This document shows, piece by piece, positions 51,169 to 60,174 of a DNA stretch of 64,000 bases. The notes below the pieces were generated by a model that searched no databases, was not told the origin of the DNA, and was given only the letters and a program-made list of their open reading frames with translations. The position numbers and the translations under genes were made by a program. The stretch's first letter is position 1, and each line of letters opens with the position of its first letter. Source of the stretch: Candidatus Hermodarchaeota archaeon (GTDB taxonomy: Archaea; Asgardarchaeota; Hermodarchaeia; Hermodarchaeales; Hermodarchaeaceae); assembly GCA_016839805.1 (NCBI GenBank), contig JAEOTO010000007.1, positions 1-64,000 on the forward strand, given 5' to 3'.

Positions 51169-51876
51169 GTGAGTTATGAAGAGAATTCTCCCTCCTCCAT
51201 TAATAAAACTCCAAAAAAGGTGATCCTAAAGGGAGGTTCCATTACATTGAGCGAACCAAAGAAAGGCAGCTCATGGGATTTTTCAGGAGGTGCCTGTGAA
51301 GGTTGCTTTTACGTATCCATTGCGGTAATAATTGGCTGCATCATTATAGGATTCATCGTTTGGCAACTTATCATGTTAGGTCAAATTCTTGGAGTGATTC
51401 TCGGAATCATTACGTTTTCATCTCTCCTTGTCATTCTTATTCTCTACTTTAGAGCTACTGGTGTCGAAGGCGATCCCCAACTCGCGTTTAAGTTAAGAGT
51501 AGTTGCGACGGTCCTATTTGTAGCGTTTCTAATTGAAGCCATACATACTATTGTATTCTTTTGGACGCCAATCTTGCACCCAGTAGTGAGTCAGCTCTTT
51601 GCCCAAGCCAATTGGACAGTCGATAGTGGTTTTGTAATGATATGCGTTATAGGATTCTTTCTTGTAATTATCGGGGCTTTCTTCTCCATTCCTGTTTGTT
51701 TATGGACCAGCATCTGTAGAAATTCGAAAGAAGCCAAGGAAATTACTCCCAAAGTGGTTCAACCACCTGCCACGGTTGATGAAAAAATCCATCCCAAGAA
51801 ATGCCCTGTTTGTGGAATGAAACTTTCAGGGATTGAGAAATTCTGTAGCTATTGTGGTGCAGCAATCTCAAAATAA
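51169..51876 (+). CDS. membrane protein with C-terminal zinc ribbon
   Basis: About 4 TM segments, EGCF motif, CPVCG...FCSYCG. Confidence 0.72.
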   Translation: MSYEENSPSSINKTPKKVILKGGSITLSEPKKGSSWDFSGGACEGCFYVSIAVIIGCIIIGFIVWQLIMLGQILGVILGIITFSSLLVILILYFRATGVEGDPQLAFKLRVVATVLFVAFLIEAIHTIVFFWTPILHPVVSQLFAQANWTVDSGFVMICVIGFFLVIIGAFFSIPVCLWTSICRNSKEAKEITPKVVQPPATVDEKIHPKKCPVCGMKLSGIEKFCSYCGAAISK

Positions 51877-51987
51877 ACTACGGAATAGTGAAATCTAATT
51901 CGAAATAAAACGAGTTGAGTAAATTTCATCATAAATTATTGGGGGGAGACAATGACGTCTCCATTTTTTGAGTTATTGTTGAGTAGC

Positions 51988-53685
51988 CTAGCGTACTTGG
52001 TCGCGTTTTCTTCGTAACACAATTAGTATGCCAATTGCAGCAATTGTACCTAGTATAATGGAAGCGATTGGGAACCCCGGAATTGGTGGGGGAATTATTT
52101 CAGTAAGAAGGAGATGAATGTAACCAGTGTAGTTGTTACCGATTAACAGGGTATTGTTCTCTCCTAGGTCCGTTTGTGAGATCGTGAGTGATATGGGTCC
52201 AGATTGAGCAGCCGCAATGGCGGGGAAGGTGTGGAGTAGGAGACCGTTAATATTCCGGAATTCAATTTCGTCGATAGTGCTAAGTCGTGGAATGAGATTG
52301 TGAATATTAATCGTAGCAGTAATAGTGTCATTATCGAAAACAGCACTGGTTAAAGCAGCTGTCAAGCGTGGTGTTAATTGGAGAAGATAATCAAACGCAG
52401 GTACAATGTCAGTCCAAAGGGCATCGATGCCTGCAGAGACGGGATTAAAATATCCATAAATGCCGGTCCACTCTTCGATATGGTGGGTAGCATTATCTTC
52501 AATTACAGTAATTGCGTCTCCGCTTACCGATGAAGCATTGCGGAAGATTTCAAAACAAATGGGCACGATTGTATTTCGTTCTTCATACATCCAATCTTGC
52601 CATAAGCCGTAGTAACCTGCTGCTAGGTCTTCACGGATACCTCGAGTCGACGGGGCAGAGTAGCCAACATCCTCATTCCACCAAGGTGGAAGGAGGCTTT
52701 CAAGGTCATTGTAAACAGTATTGTAGAGTAATGGTTCAATCCAGTTCTCAGATTGATCTGAGGGAAAGAAGGTCGCGTTGATACCAGAGTGAAGGGAAAA
52801 GGCCATCGCAAAGCGATGCTGGGATGTAAAATCGCGAAAGACTTGGGTTTCATGTTCGGAAAAAGCTGAGGGGCCACGATATGCGTCATGATAGGGATCC
52901 GAGGATGAACCTGGCTCATTCCCAAAGCCACTGGGATAATTACGGTTTAAATCCACGTATCCAACTGGATCTTCGTTTTTTTCACCATCGGCATCGTTGT
53001 CGATACCTTCAAAATAGGTAAATTGGTAAACCATTGAAGAATCGTAGACGTCATAACTTGATATGGTTCCATCGGCGTTGATGTCTTCATAACCATCTTC
53101 GTCAAATTGTCCGTCTGAGTCATGGTCAAAGGGTCGGAGGTTCTTTCGAAGCCAATAGTTTCCTTGATTAACGACGTATTCGAGGGTATCAGGGTTCAAA
53201 CTGGGGATGATGTAGATTTCTTGGGTGTTCACATACTCAGTTAGTGTTGGGTCAATCCCATAATTGTTTATGAGCCGAATAATGAATCGCAAGGCAGCTT
53301 CTACCGTGATTTGTTCGCGACCATGATGGTGGGCTACAACAAGTGTCTTAGCTTTTTGGCGAGTGTCAGTTTCATTGGTTATTCGAAGGCAAGTGATGTT
53401 TAGTCCATTAAAGCTGTGCCCGATTACTTCGAGGTCAATGAGTTCTGGGGCCTGTGAATGGAAATAGGCAATTTCTTCTTCCATTTCATTATAATCGTGA
53501 AACTGTCCTGGATATTGAAGAGTGACTGGATTCAGAACTCGATTAATTGATGGAATTGCTTTCACTTTAAGAGTCCTTGTATTAGAAATAAAAGAAAGGC
53601 TCATAACCGGTAATAGGGACAAGCAGAAAAGACCTAGTAAACCAATTACAAATGCTTTTTTCATGGAATAGATGAAGCCTCTCAT
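51988..53685 (-). CDS. M14 zinc carboxypeptidase, secreted, with IPGF sorting signal
   Basis: HHGRE (HxxE), NPD, RKN, DLNRNY, FSEHET and SLHS motifs; D-rich Ca-binding-like inserts; IPGFP-TM-RRKR tail. Confidence 0.88.
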   Translation of the reverse strand: MRGFIYSMKKAFVIGLLGLFCLSLLPVMSLSFISNTRTLKVKAIPSINRVLNPVTLQYPGQFHDYNEMEEEIAYFHSQAPELIDLEVIGHSFNGLNITCLRITNETDTRQKAKTLVVAHHHGREQITVEAALRFIIRLINNYGIDPTLTEYVNTQEIYIIPSLNPDTLEYVVNQGNYWLRKNLRPFDHDSDGQFDEDGYEDINADGTISSYDVYDSSMVYQFTYFEGIDNDADGEKNEDPVGYVDLNRNYPSGFGNEPGSSSDPYHDAYRGPSAFSEHETQVFRDFTSQHRFAMAFSLHSGINATFFPSDQSENWIEPLLYNTVYNDLESLLPPWWNEDVGYSAPSTRGIREDLAAGYYGLWQDWMYEERNTIVPICFEIFRNASSVSGDAITVIEDNATHHIEEWTGIYGYFNPVSAGIDALWTDIVPAFDYLLQLTPRLTAALTSAVFDNDTITATINIHNLIPRLSTIDEIEFRNINGLLLHTFPAIAAAQSGPISLTISQTDLGENNTLLIGNNYTGYIHLLLTEIIPPPIPGFPIASIILGTIAAIGILIVLRRKRDQVR

Positions 53686-53849
53686 AAACCAAAATATCCT
53701 CTTGTTTTGCTTTTTTATTCATGGGAACCGGCAAGTTCGGAAACCAACGAGGTTATTATGAGTTCTTAGTCAAAAAAAGAGGAAAAAGCATTTTGAGCGC
53801 TTGGATATTTAAGGATAACAACTACCTGAAAAGCACAAGGCGGTTCCTT

Positions 53850-54184
53850 ATGTCGGATGAAACAGCTTCGACACTAATACTAATTGGTGCGATTCTCCAA
53901 ATTCTTCTTTCAATTGCCCTTCTCGCGCTTGGAGGACTCGGGTTCATACTACCACTCATATCGGGGCATCATTAGATCTTTGGCTGCTTATTCCAGCCTT
54001 CTTCTTTATTGGCGGAATCATCAGCCTCATTTTCTGTATCCTCTGGCTAAACTGGCGTAACGACCCTGGAGCGAACAAAACAGCAATTATTGTTACAAGT
54101 ATTCTTGGATTGATTTTCGGGGGATTCTTGCCTGGGCTTCTCGTCCTCATTGGTGGAATCACCGCAACTGAAGAATCAGCATAA
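53850..54184 (+). pseudogene. frameshifted small membrane protein (paralog of 45085..45495)
   Basis: MSDETAS...LISG stops at 53975. Adding one G to the run at 53963-53966 restores ASLDLW...WRNDPGANKTAII...FLPGLLVLIGG...ESA* ending at 54184. Confidence 0.7.
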
Positions 54185-54280
54185 CTGGGTCAATACATCA
54201 TTTTGACCCGCTCTCCATTTTTTCCCTTACTAGTATTATTCGAAAATGTTGAGTTTATAATCGAATCTGCAAACCTACCT

Positions 54281-54374
54281 ATGACGTTGCCTGCGTCGCC
54301 CCCTGCCTGGGTGTCGCTGCGGAGTCCGGGAGCCAACTCAACGGGTGCAGAGAACCCGGGTTACTCTTTCTTTT
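54281..54374 (+). ncRNA. candidate structured small RNA, family not recognised
   Basis: 52/72 GC in 54289-54360; two hairpins; TTTATAA at 54254-54260 upstream; T-rich tract downstream. Confidence 0.4.
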
Positions 54375-54436
54375 CGCCAGTTTGATTTATAGAATCTCGT
54401 GAGTAAATAATCAAGAATCTAACCGAGGCAATCTTC

Positions 54437-55204
54437 ATGGTATTACAGGATCTGTTAATCCTAGATCATTTTCTCTATTCATTTAAAATACCGATTTTTA
54501 ACCGTCTAAAAAGCTTAGGCGATTCACTCAAAAACTGCGAATACAGAAAAATCACTCGACCGGATACAAGCTATGAAGGTGTCTACATCTTCGCTCAAGA
54601 TGGCAGTTATCTTGAATTACTCAAGAACCCTGAACAAACTCCAAATGTTTTTGCCCTAGCTGTTAGCTCTCTATCTCCAAAACAAGAAACCGTCAAAGCA
54701 CTTCCCTCACTCTATCCAAAGTTACAGTGGTCAACTCAACAGATTCAAGACACTGACAATAAACCCTGGTATACCTATTATGGTCAATCACCCATTCAGG
54801 ATACCCAACGGCAAGGTCTAGTACTATGGGCAATGCAATACCACAATTTGCGGCGTCACCGTCCCTATCAGTATCAGAAGAAACTCCCTTCAAAAAAGAA
54901 ATTCACCATCAAAGAATTCATCTCAACGCGAATCAAAATTCCCCCCAGACATCTGGATTTAATCCGAGTTCAATCCCAATGGATCCCTGGCAACCACAGT
55001 ATCAGTGACCAAAAAGTTGTATTACGCGTTCTTAATCCCTCTTTTAACGAGTTTGAAATTATCATGGAAATCGATGAAGAGAAGGCGGAGAATAAACCAG
55101 TGAGTGTAACGATGCGATTAGTTGAAGGCACAAAATTAGTATCCCAAGAAGTCAAAGGCATACGCTTGACCCGACTACAAAATGTGCTTATCATTAACTT
55201 TTGA
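54437..55204 (+). CDS. hypothetical protein, possible VOC/glyoxalase-like fold (DUF5829-like)
   Basis: LDHF, YEGVYIF and YLELL motifs; family recalled, not verified. Confidence 0.55.
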   Translation: MVLQDLLILDHFLYSFKIPIFNRLKSLGDSLKNCEYRKITRPDTSYEGVYIFAQDGSYLELLKNPEQTPNVFALAVSSLSPKQETVKALPSLYPKLQWSTQQIQDTDNKPWYTYYGQSPIQDTQRQGLVLWAMQYHNLRRHRPYQYQKKLPSKKKFTIKEFISTRIKIPPRHLDLIRVQSQWIPGNHSISDQKVVLRVLNPSFNEFEIIMEIDEEKAENKPVSVTMRLVEGTKLVSQEVKGIRLTRLQNVLIINF

Positions 55205-55251
55205 AGCTTCAATGATAGTGCCCAATCTGAGAAAACCGAAACAATGGGTGC

Positions 55252-55578
55252 TTAATCTCTTATCCCTTCGAACATATGCTGCATTTGTCGCTGATAGTCA
55301 CGGAAAGCTTCGCGTCCCCCTTTCGTCAGTTGAATCACCGTTAAGGGTTTCCTATCTACAAACTTCTTGATAATTTCAACATACCCTGCATTCTCAAGTT
55401 TCGTAATATGTGATGACAGATTACCATCCGATAATCCCGTTTGTCGCTTGAGAAACAAAAAGTTAGCACTATCAAGAACATAAAGGTGAGACATAATTAA
55501 CAAGCGGGCTGGCTCATGTATGACTCGATCAATGTCATCAATAATTGGAAATCCAGTATCACTGGGCTCCTCAGGCAC
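55252..55578 (-). CDS. winged-helix transcriptional regulator (ArsR/MarR-like HTH)
   Basis: IHEPARL.I, GLSDGNLSSHITKLENAGYV and LTKGGR motifs; GTG start overlaps the upstream stop. Confidence 0.88.
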   Translation of the reverse strand: MPEEPSDTGFPIIDDIDRVIHEPARLLIMSHLYVLDSANFLFLKRQTGLSDGNLSSHITKLENAGYVEIIKKFVDRKPLTVIQLTKGGREAFRDYQRQMQHMFEGIRD

Positions 55579-56185
55579 CCGCCACCTCTCCAACTAGTTG
55601 TTTTGGATACTTCAATAAAAACCGATATAACAAAACCAACCCATAAGAAAGGATCGTGAGGCTGATCACAATGAGGGGTAGAATTACTACGAAGGGGAAG
55701 AAAAATGTCACAACTGATGAGGCTAAAAATACACTTCCATAAGAATAAAACCTCTTCATATCTGAGATGTATCCAATAAAACTGAAAATGATCGCTCCGA
55801 ATATTCCAATCAGGAGTATGGTATATTGGGATTCAAAAATAAAAATACCCAGGGGGGGATAGATCATGGCTAAAATACCAAGAAGATTAGCAAAAACAAG
55901 CACTATGACTCCAACTAATAAAACATTTTGAATTCTACGTTTTCGTGCAGCTGAGAATTCAACATAGCCCATACGGGGAACTGTAATTTTCTTTTTTATT
56001 CCCGTATAGACTGACATCCAAGCAATTAATCCTCCAACCACAAAGAACCAGAACTCGGGTAACAACCAAATAAAAATCACTAAATTTAAAATGACACTAC
56101 CAATGCAGATGTCTAAAATCCCATCTTGATGATAGGAAATGAACGCCTTTCTTTCTATTTCTTTTAGCTTCACATTCTCAGTCAT
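55571..56185 (-). CDS. membrane protein, tandem paralog 3
   Basis: YHQDGILDI and ITVPRMGYVEF motifs; about 6 TM segments. Confidence 0.8.
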   Translation of the reverse strand: MTENVKLKEIERKAFISYHQDGILDICIGSVILNLVIFIWLLPEFWFFVVGGLIAWMSVYTGIKKKITVPRMGYVEFSAARKRRIQNVLLVGVIVLVFANLLGILAMIYPPLGIFIFESQYTILLIGIFGAIIFSFIGYISDMKRFYSYGSVFLASSVVTFFFPFVVILPLIVISLTILSYGLVLLYRFLLKYPKQLVGEVAGA

Positions 56186-56798
56186 AAGATGCCTTCCCTC
56201 CTTCATCAATTCCGTTCTTGGGAAACCGACGAACAAATCGAATAACCAATACTACGCCAATACTCAAAGAGAGTAATCCGACAAAACCAAGTGGTAAAAA
56301 TAAAACAGGAAGCCAAAAGTTGCTTAACACAAAGAGCAAAGCCAGCAAAACCCCATACAAGTAGAAACGACGAATCCCTGAGTAATAACCAGCTGCAATA
56401 AGCGCTACTAGACCACTAGAAGCGAGTATCAACATATAATTGGCTTCAAGTAGTGGCATAACATTTGGAACCAAGAGCAAAACTAGTAATACTCCAATTA
56501 GTGGGGTAAAAATAACGGCGAAAAGGGCAAAAATGACCATGAAATTCTTCTCTTGACGTGTATAAGAAAATTCTACAAAACCTAATCGAGGAATTGTCAC
56601 GTTTTTCTTCAACGAAATATAGGCAAATAACCAAACGATGGATGAGCCCATCATCCCACCAAGTAATGGTGGAAATAGAAAAATGATTACAGCCATTTGC
56701 GTCAAGGCACCACCCAGGCATAGGTCAAGCAAACCATCTTGGTGATAGGAGAGGAAGACCCTTTGCTCAATAGCTTTAAGATCAGAAGACTCATTCAT
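56178..56798 (-). CDS. membrane protein, tandem paralog 2
   Basis: YHQDGLLDL and VTIPRLGFVEF motifs. Confidence 0.8.
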   Translation of the reverse strand: MNESSDLKAIEQRVFLSYHQDGLLDLCLGGALTQMAVIIFLFPPLLGGMMGSSIVWLFAYISLKKNVTIPRLGFVEFSYTRQEKNFMVIFALFAVIFTPLIGVLLVLLLVPNVMPLLEANYMLILASSGLVALIAAGYYSGIRRFYLYGVLLALLFVLSNFWLPVLFLPLGFVGLLSLSIGVVLVIRFVRRFPKNGIDEGGKASYD

Positions 56799-56815
56799 TA
56801 TTAATCACCTTTGGT

Positions 56816-57439
56816 TCATTCATCCTCCCAATTATCATAGGATCCTTCACTTGATTCTACCTTCGGGTATTTCTGTACAAATTGGTATAACATAACAAAA
56901 CCGGTCACAGTTATTGTCAGTCCCAACACAAAAATGGGAAAGAAGAGGTGCAATTGAAATACGTGGGTTATTATGAACACTAAGAAGGCTAAGGCACCAT
57001 AGCCAGAAAGTCGGTATACTTGGGTTACCCACCCAAAAAGGGCAAACAATCCTCCAACAACACCAGCGACAACCAACAGTCCATACTGGTTTAAGAAAAT
57101 TCGGAGTTCAGGTGTCAATAATCCAAACGCCATAATCGCAAAGATTACAAAGTTCAAAACTAACAACAATGTGACAAGGAACATGACTCGATATCGCCGG
57201 CTCTGTTTAAACTCTACATAACCAATACGAGGTACAGTTATCGACCTTTTTGCACCAGCATAACTTACCACCCAGACAACGAGGATACCTCCTATCAGGT
57301 AAAAGATGGTTTCAAAAAATAGAAGTATGATGCTTAATGTAACAATCGCCAGGCCCAGAAAGATGTCAACAATTCCATCTTGATGATAGGATGTATAGGC
57401 TCTTCGTTCCAAGGCTTTCAAGTCCACATGTTCAGTCAT
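56816..57439 (-). CDS. membrane protein, tandem paralog 1
   Basis: YHQDGIVDI and ITVPRIGYVEF motifs. Confidence 0.8.
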   Translation of the reverse strand: MTEHVDLKALERRAYTSYHQDGIVDIFLGLAIVTLSIILLFFETIFYLIGGILVVWVVSYAGAKRSITVPRIGYVEFKQSRRYRVMFLVTLLLVLNFVIFAIMAFGLLTPELRIFLNQYGLLVVAGVVGGLFALFGWVTQVYRLSGYGALAFLVFIITHVFQLHLFFPIFVLGLTITVTGFVMLYQFVQKYPKVESSEGSYDNWEDE

Positions 57440-57549
57440 TTTAATTCGCCTTGACGTAATAGTGCTTTGCCACACTTAAATACTTTGTGATAGTATAGCA
57501 CTTTGTATGGCAAAGTTAATAAGGAGGTAATTAACAAACAATCCATAAG

Positions 57550-58326
57550 GTGAAACGCATGTACAACGGCGTTAGCATCGAAACACAAAAACTCAACAAA
57601 CAATTTGGACCCGTCCACGCTGTACGAAACCTAACCTTACAAGTTCGGGAAGGTAGTCGTTTTGGCTTCCTTGGTCCGAACGGCGCTGGAAAAACTACGA
57701 CAGTGCGGATTCTCTCAGGTCTAATGAAACCGTCAAGCGGTACGGCTACCGTATGTGGTCTACCACTAGCCTCAAAACGTAATGAAATCAAGGCTATAAC
57801 TGGCCTATTACCAGAAACACCCGGATTATATTCGAAACTATCTGCAGTTGAATTCCTTGAATTCATCGGTGCACTCAATGGTCGTAATGGCAAAGCCTTG
57901 AATGGTCGTATCGACCGATTACTGGCTATCTTAGGTTTAGAATCTCGCCAAGATGATTTACTTGAATCCTATTCGTCAGGAATGAAACAAAAAGTGCTCA
58001 TTGCCTCAACAATATTACATGAGCCAAAACTGGTTTTTCTAGATGAACCCACAGCACGCCTTGACCCCAGTGCAAGCGCTATTGTGAAAGAATTGATCGG
58101 TATCCTTGCAGAGTCAACGGGAACAACCTTCTTCATTTGCACTCATCAAACATCTTTTGCTGAGGATGTTTGTGATCAAATTGGGATCATCAATGAAGGC
58201 CAGTTAGTGGCACTTGGACCAGTTGAAGAGCTTATTGAAACTTCAAAGGCAAAGGATTTGGAAAACGCATACCTGCAAATTGTTGGCGGGAAAGTCGACC
58301 GTGAAGCCCTCCTTGCTTGGAGGTGA
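57550..58326 (+). CDS. ABC transporter ATP-binding protein
   Basis: GPNGAGKTT, YSSGMKQ and LDEPT motifs. Confidence 0.92.
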   Translation: MKRMYNGVSIETQKLNKQFGPVHAVRNLTLQVREGSRFGFLGPNGAGKTTTVRILSGLMKPSSGTATVCGLPLASKRNEIKAITGLLPETPGLYSKLSAVEFLEFIGALNGRNGKALNGRIDRLLAILGLESRQDDLLESYSSGMKQKVLIASTILHEPKLVFLDEPTARLDPSASAIVKELIGILAESTGTTFFICTHQTSFAEDVCDQIGIINEGQLVALGPVEELIETSKAKDLENAYLQIVGGKVDREALLAWR

Positions 58327-58330
58327 GCAA

Positions 58331-60025
58331 ATGGCAAGTAAATGGTATAGTATTGCGAAAGCTGAATACCAGGTTAGTACTTCATCAATGCGAAAAAGTC
58401 GTACACGAAACATGATTCTACTTCTAGCATTTGGACTAGTCTGGGCGATCTTTCTAGCACCATTCATGATAGGAACAATCACAGGGTTGATTCTGCCCTT
58501 TGAATTCCTTCAAATCCTATTAGTCACCATTCTTCCGGGATTTATGCGAGCTGTCATGTTCTTCCTTTGGATGATGATTCTCATCATTCCCTTGTCACGG
58601 GCCCTTCAGGAGATTAAAATTGGTCAATGGGAAATCCTACTCTCAAACGATGTGAGAACTCGGGATATTCTAATTGGTTCATTTCTGGGTAAACTCCCAA
58701 TCTATGGACTCCTAGTCTTGTATCTTGCTCCACCTTTCTTTGCATTATTTTTCCTTGCTTTCGAAGTCACCCTAATAGGACAAATCCTAATCTACTTGAC
58801 ACTCTTCATTGCAGTGCTATCAACAATCTGGTTATCAAATCTCATCACCGTGGCCATCCAAGCCAAACTTGGTGAATCCCCCCGTGGAAAAGACATCGCA
58901 AATGGCGTAGGAATCTTACTCGCCATAGTTAGCATTATCCCCATGTACGGTATTATGTTCTTTAGCCTTCAGTTTTCTGCCATATTAGGGTTAAACGTCT
59001 TCCTCATCTTTCCCTTCACCTGGCCTGCCGACGTCATCAGCTGGATCACCATTCTATTCAGCCAAATTGGATTAACTTCCAACCACATCCTAATCTTCCA
59101 ACAGACACTTCAATTTGACATAAACATAAGCACAACGCTGCTCAGTCTCTTTGCTGCAGTTTGCATTATTATTGGACTAGCATCCGCAGACCGTATCTTC
59201 ACATACAATATCGGCGCCCGTACCGAACAGATCACCACCATCAAGGGCGAAAACGTCATACTTCGTGGAATACGAAAAGTCGCATCAGGTTCATTTGGTA
59301 CGCTCTTAGTGACATGCCTTAAGGACTTCTTCCGCAAAGCATCAAATCTCTCCCGAATCGCCTATGGTATCATACTCGCAATAGTTCTACCATTCATTAT
59401 GACTCAAATGATCCTCATTGTCGGCCGTGACTCCGGAGGCGTCGATATGATGATGGTCGTCATGATAAGTGGTATCAGCATGGCGCTCATCGGATCATTC
59501 GCTTTTTCAGGCACAGCTTTCATGGAAAGTAAAGACCAATTATGGATTATTCAAAGCACGCCCTCTGGCACGACTCGTTATGTTAAAGCCCGTTTGATTG
59601 CAGGTTTTCTAATAGCCTTACCGCTGTGCATCATTCCCGCACTCGCGATAACCATCATCATCACAGGAACCCTCGCAACCCTTGGATTTCTACTCATCTA
59701 TGGATACATCATCATCTGTGGAGCGATTATGTTCAGTACTGGTGTTACAGCACTCAATCCCTACTACGAAGATACTAAATCCCCTGAACACCAAATGAAT
59801 GTCATGGTGACTACAATGGGTGTAGAGTTCACGATATTAGCTCCCATAATGATTTCACTTTTCGGTGACATTCTTGGATTACCTTTCTGGGACATAATCC
59901 GCAGCATTGCTGGATCTGCAGGCATGCCTTTTGCTTTTGCAATAATCGGCATGGTCGCACTCCTCATCGTTGGAGGAGGGGCCCTTCTCATTGGAACTCG
60001 ACGGTTAGCACAACCTGAAGTCTAA
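58331..60025 (+). CDS. ABC exporter permease (about 12-14 TM)
   Basis: Follows the ATPase after GGAGGTGA; two-halved multi-TM protein. Confidence 0.75.
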   Translation: MASKWYSIAKAEYQVSTSSMRKSRTRNMILLLAFGLVWAIFLAPFMIGTITGLILPFEFLQILLVTILPGFMRAVMFFLWMMILIIPLSRALQEIKIGQWEILLSNDVRTRDILIGSFLGKLPIYGLLVLYLAPPFFALFFLAFEVTLIGQILIYLTLFIAVLSTIWLSNLITVAIQAKLGESPRGKDIANGVGILLAIVSIIPMYGIMFFSLQFSAILGLNVFLIFPFTWPADVISWITILFSQIGLTSNHILIFQQTLQFDINISTTLLSLFAAVCIIIGLASADRIFTYNIGARTEQITTIKGENVILRGIRKVASGSFGTLLVTCLKDFFRKASNLSRIAYGIILAIVLPFIMTQMILIVGRDSGGVDMMMVVMISGISMALIGSFAFSGTAFMESKDQLWIIQSTPSGTTRYVKARLIAGFLIALPLCIIPALAITIIITGTLATLGFLLIYGYIIICGAIMFSTGVTALNPYYEDTKSPEHQMNVMVTTMGVEFTILAPIMISLFGDILGLPFWDIIRSIAGSAGMPFAFAIIGMVALLIVGGGALLIGTRRLAQPEV

Positions 60026-60040
60026 ACAAATCTACCAAAA

Positions 60041-60072
60041 GGCACCTTCTTAAGGTGCCCTTCTCTTTTTTC
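60041..60072 (+). terminator. terminator hairpin
   Basis: GGCACCTT-CTT-AAGGTGCC followed by a T tract. Confidence 0.65.
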
Positions 60073-60174
60073 ATAATTTGATATTTTTTACAGCCGTATA
60101 GTAATGCTTAGAATTAAAATGTTCTATCAAAAAAGCGAGTCCCGGAGCTTTCAATGCTCCGGGTTAATGTCTAG

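Noticed and set aside
54281-54366. tRNA, 5S rRNA or known riboswitch
   Set aside because: No GTTCRA T-loop or cloverleaf. The motif order does not fit 5S, SRP, RNase P or any riboswitch I can recognise.
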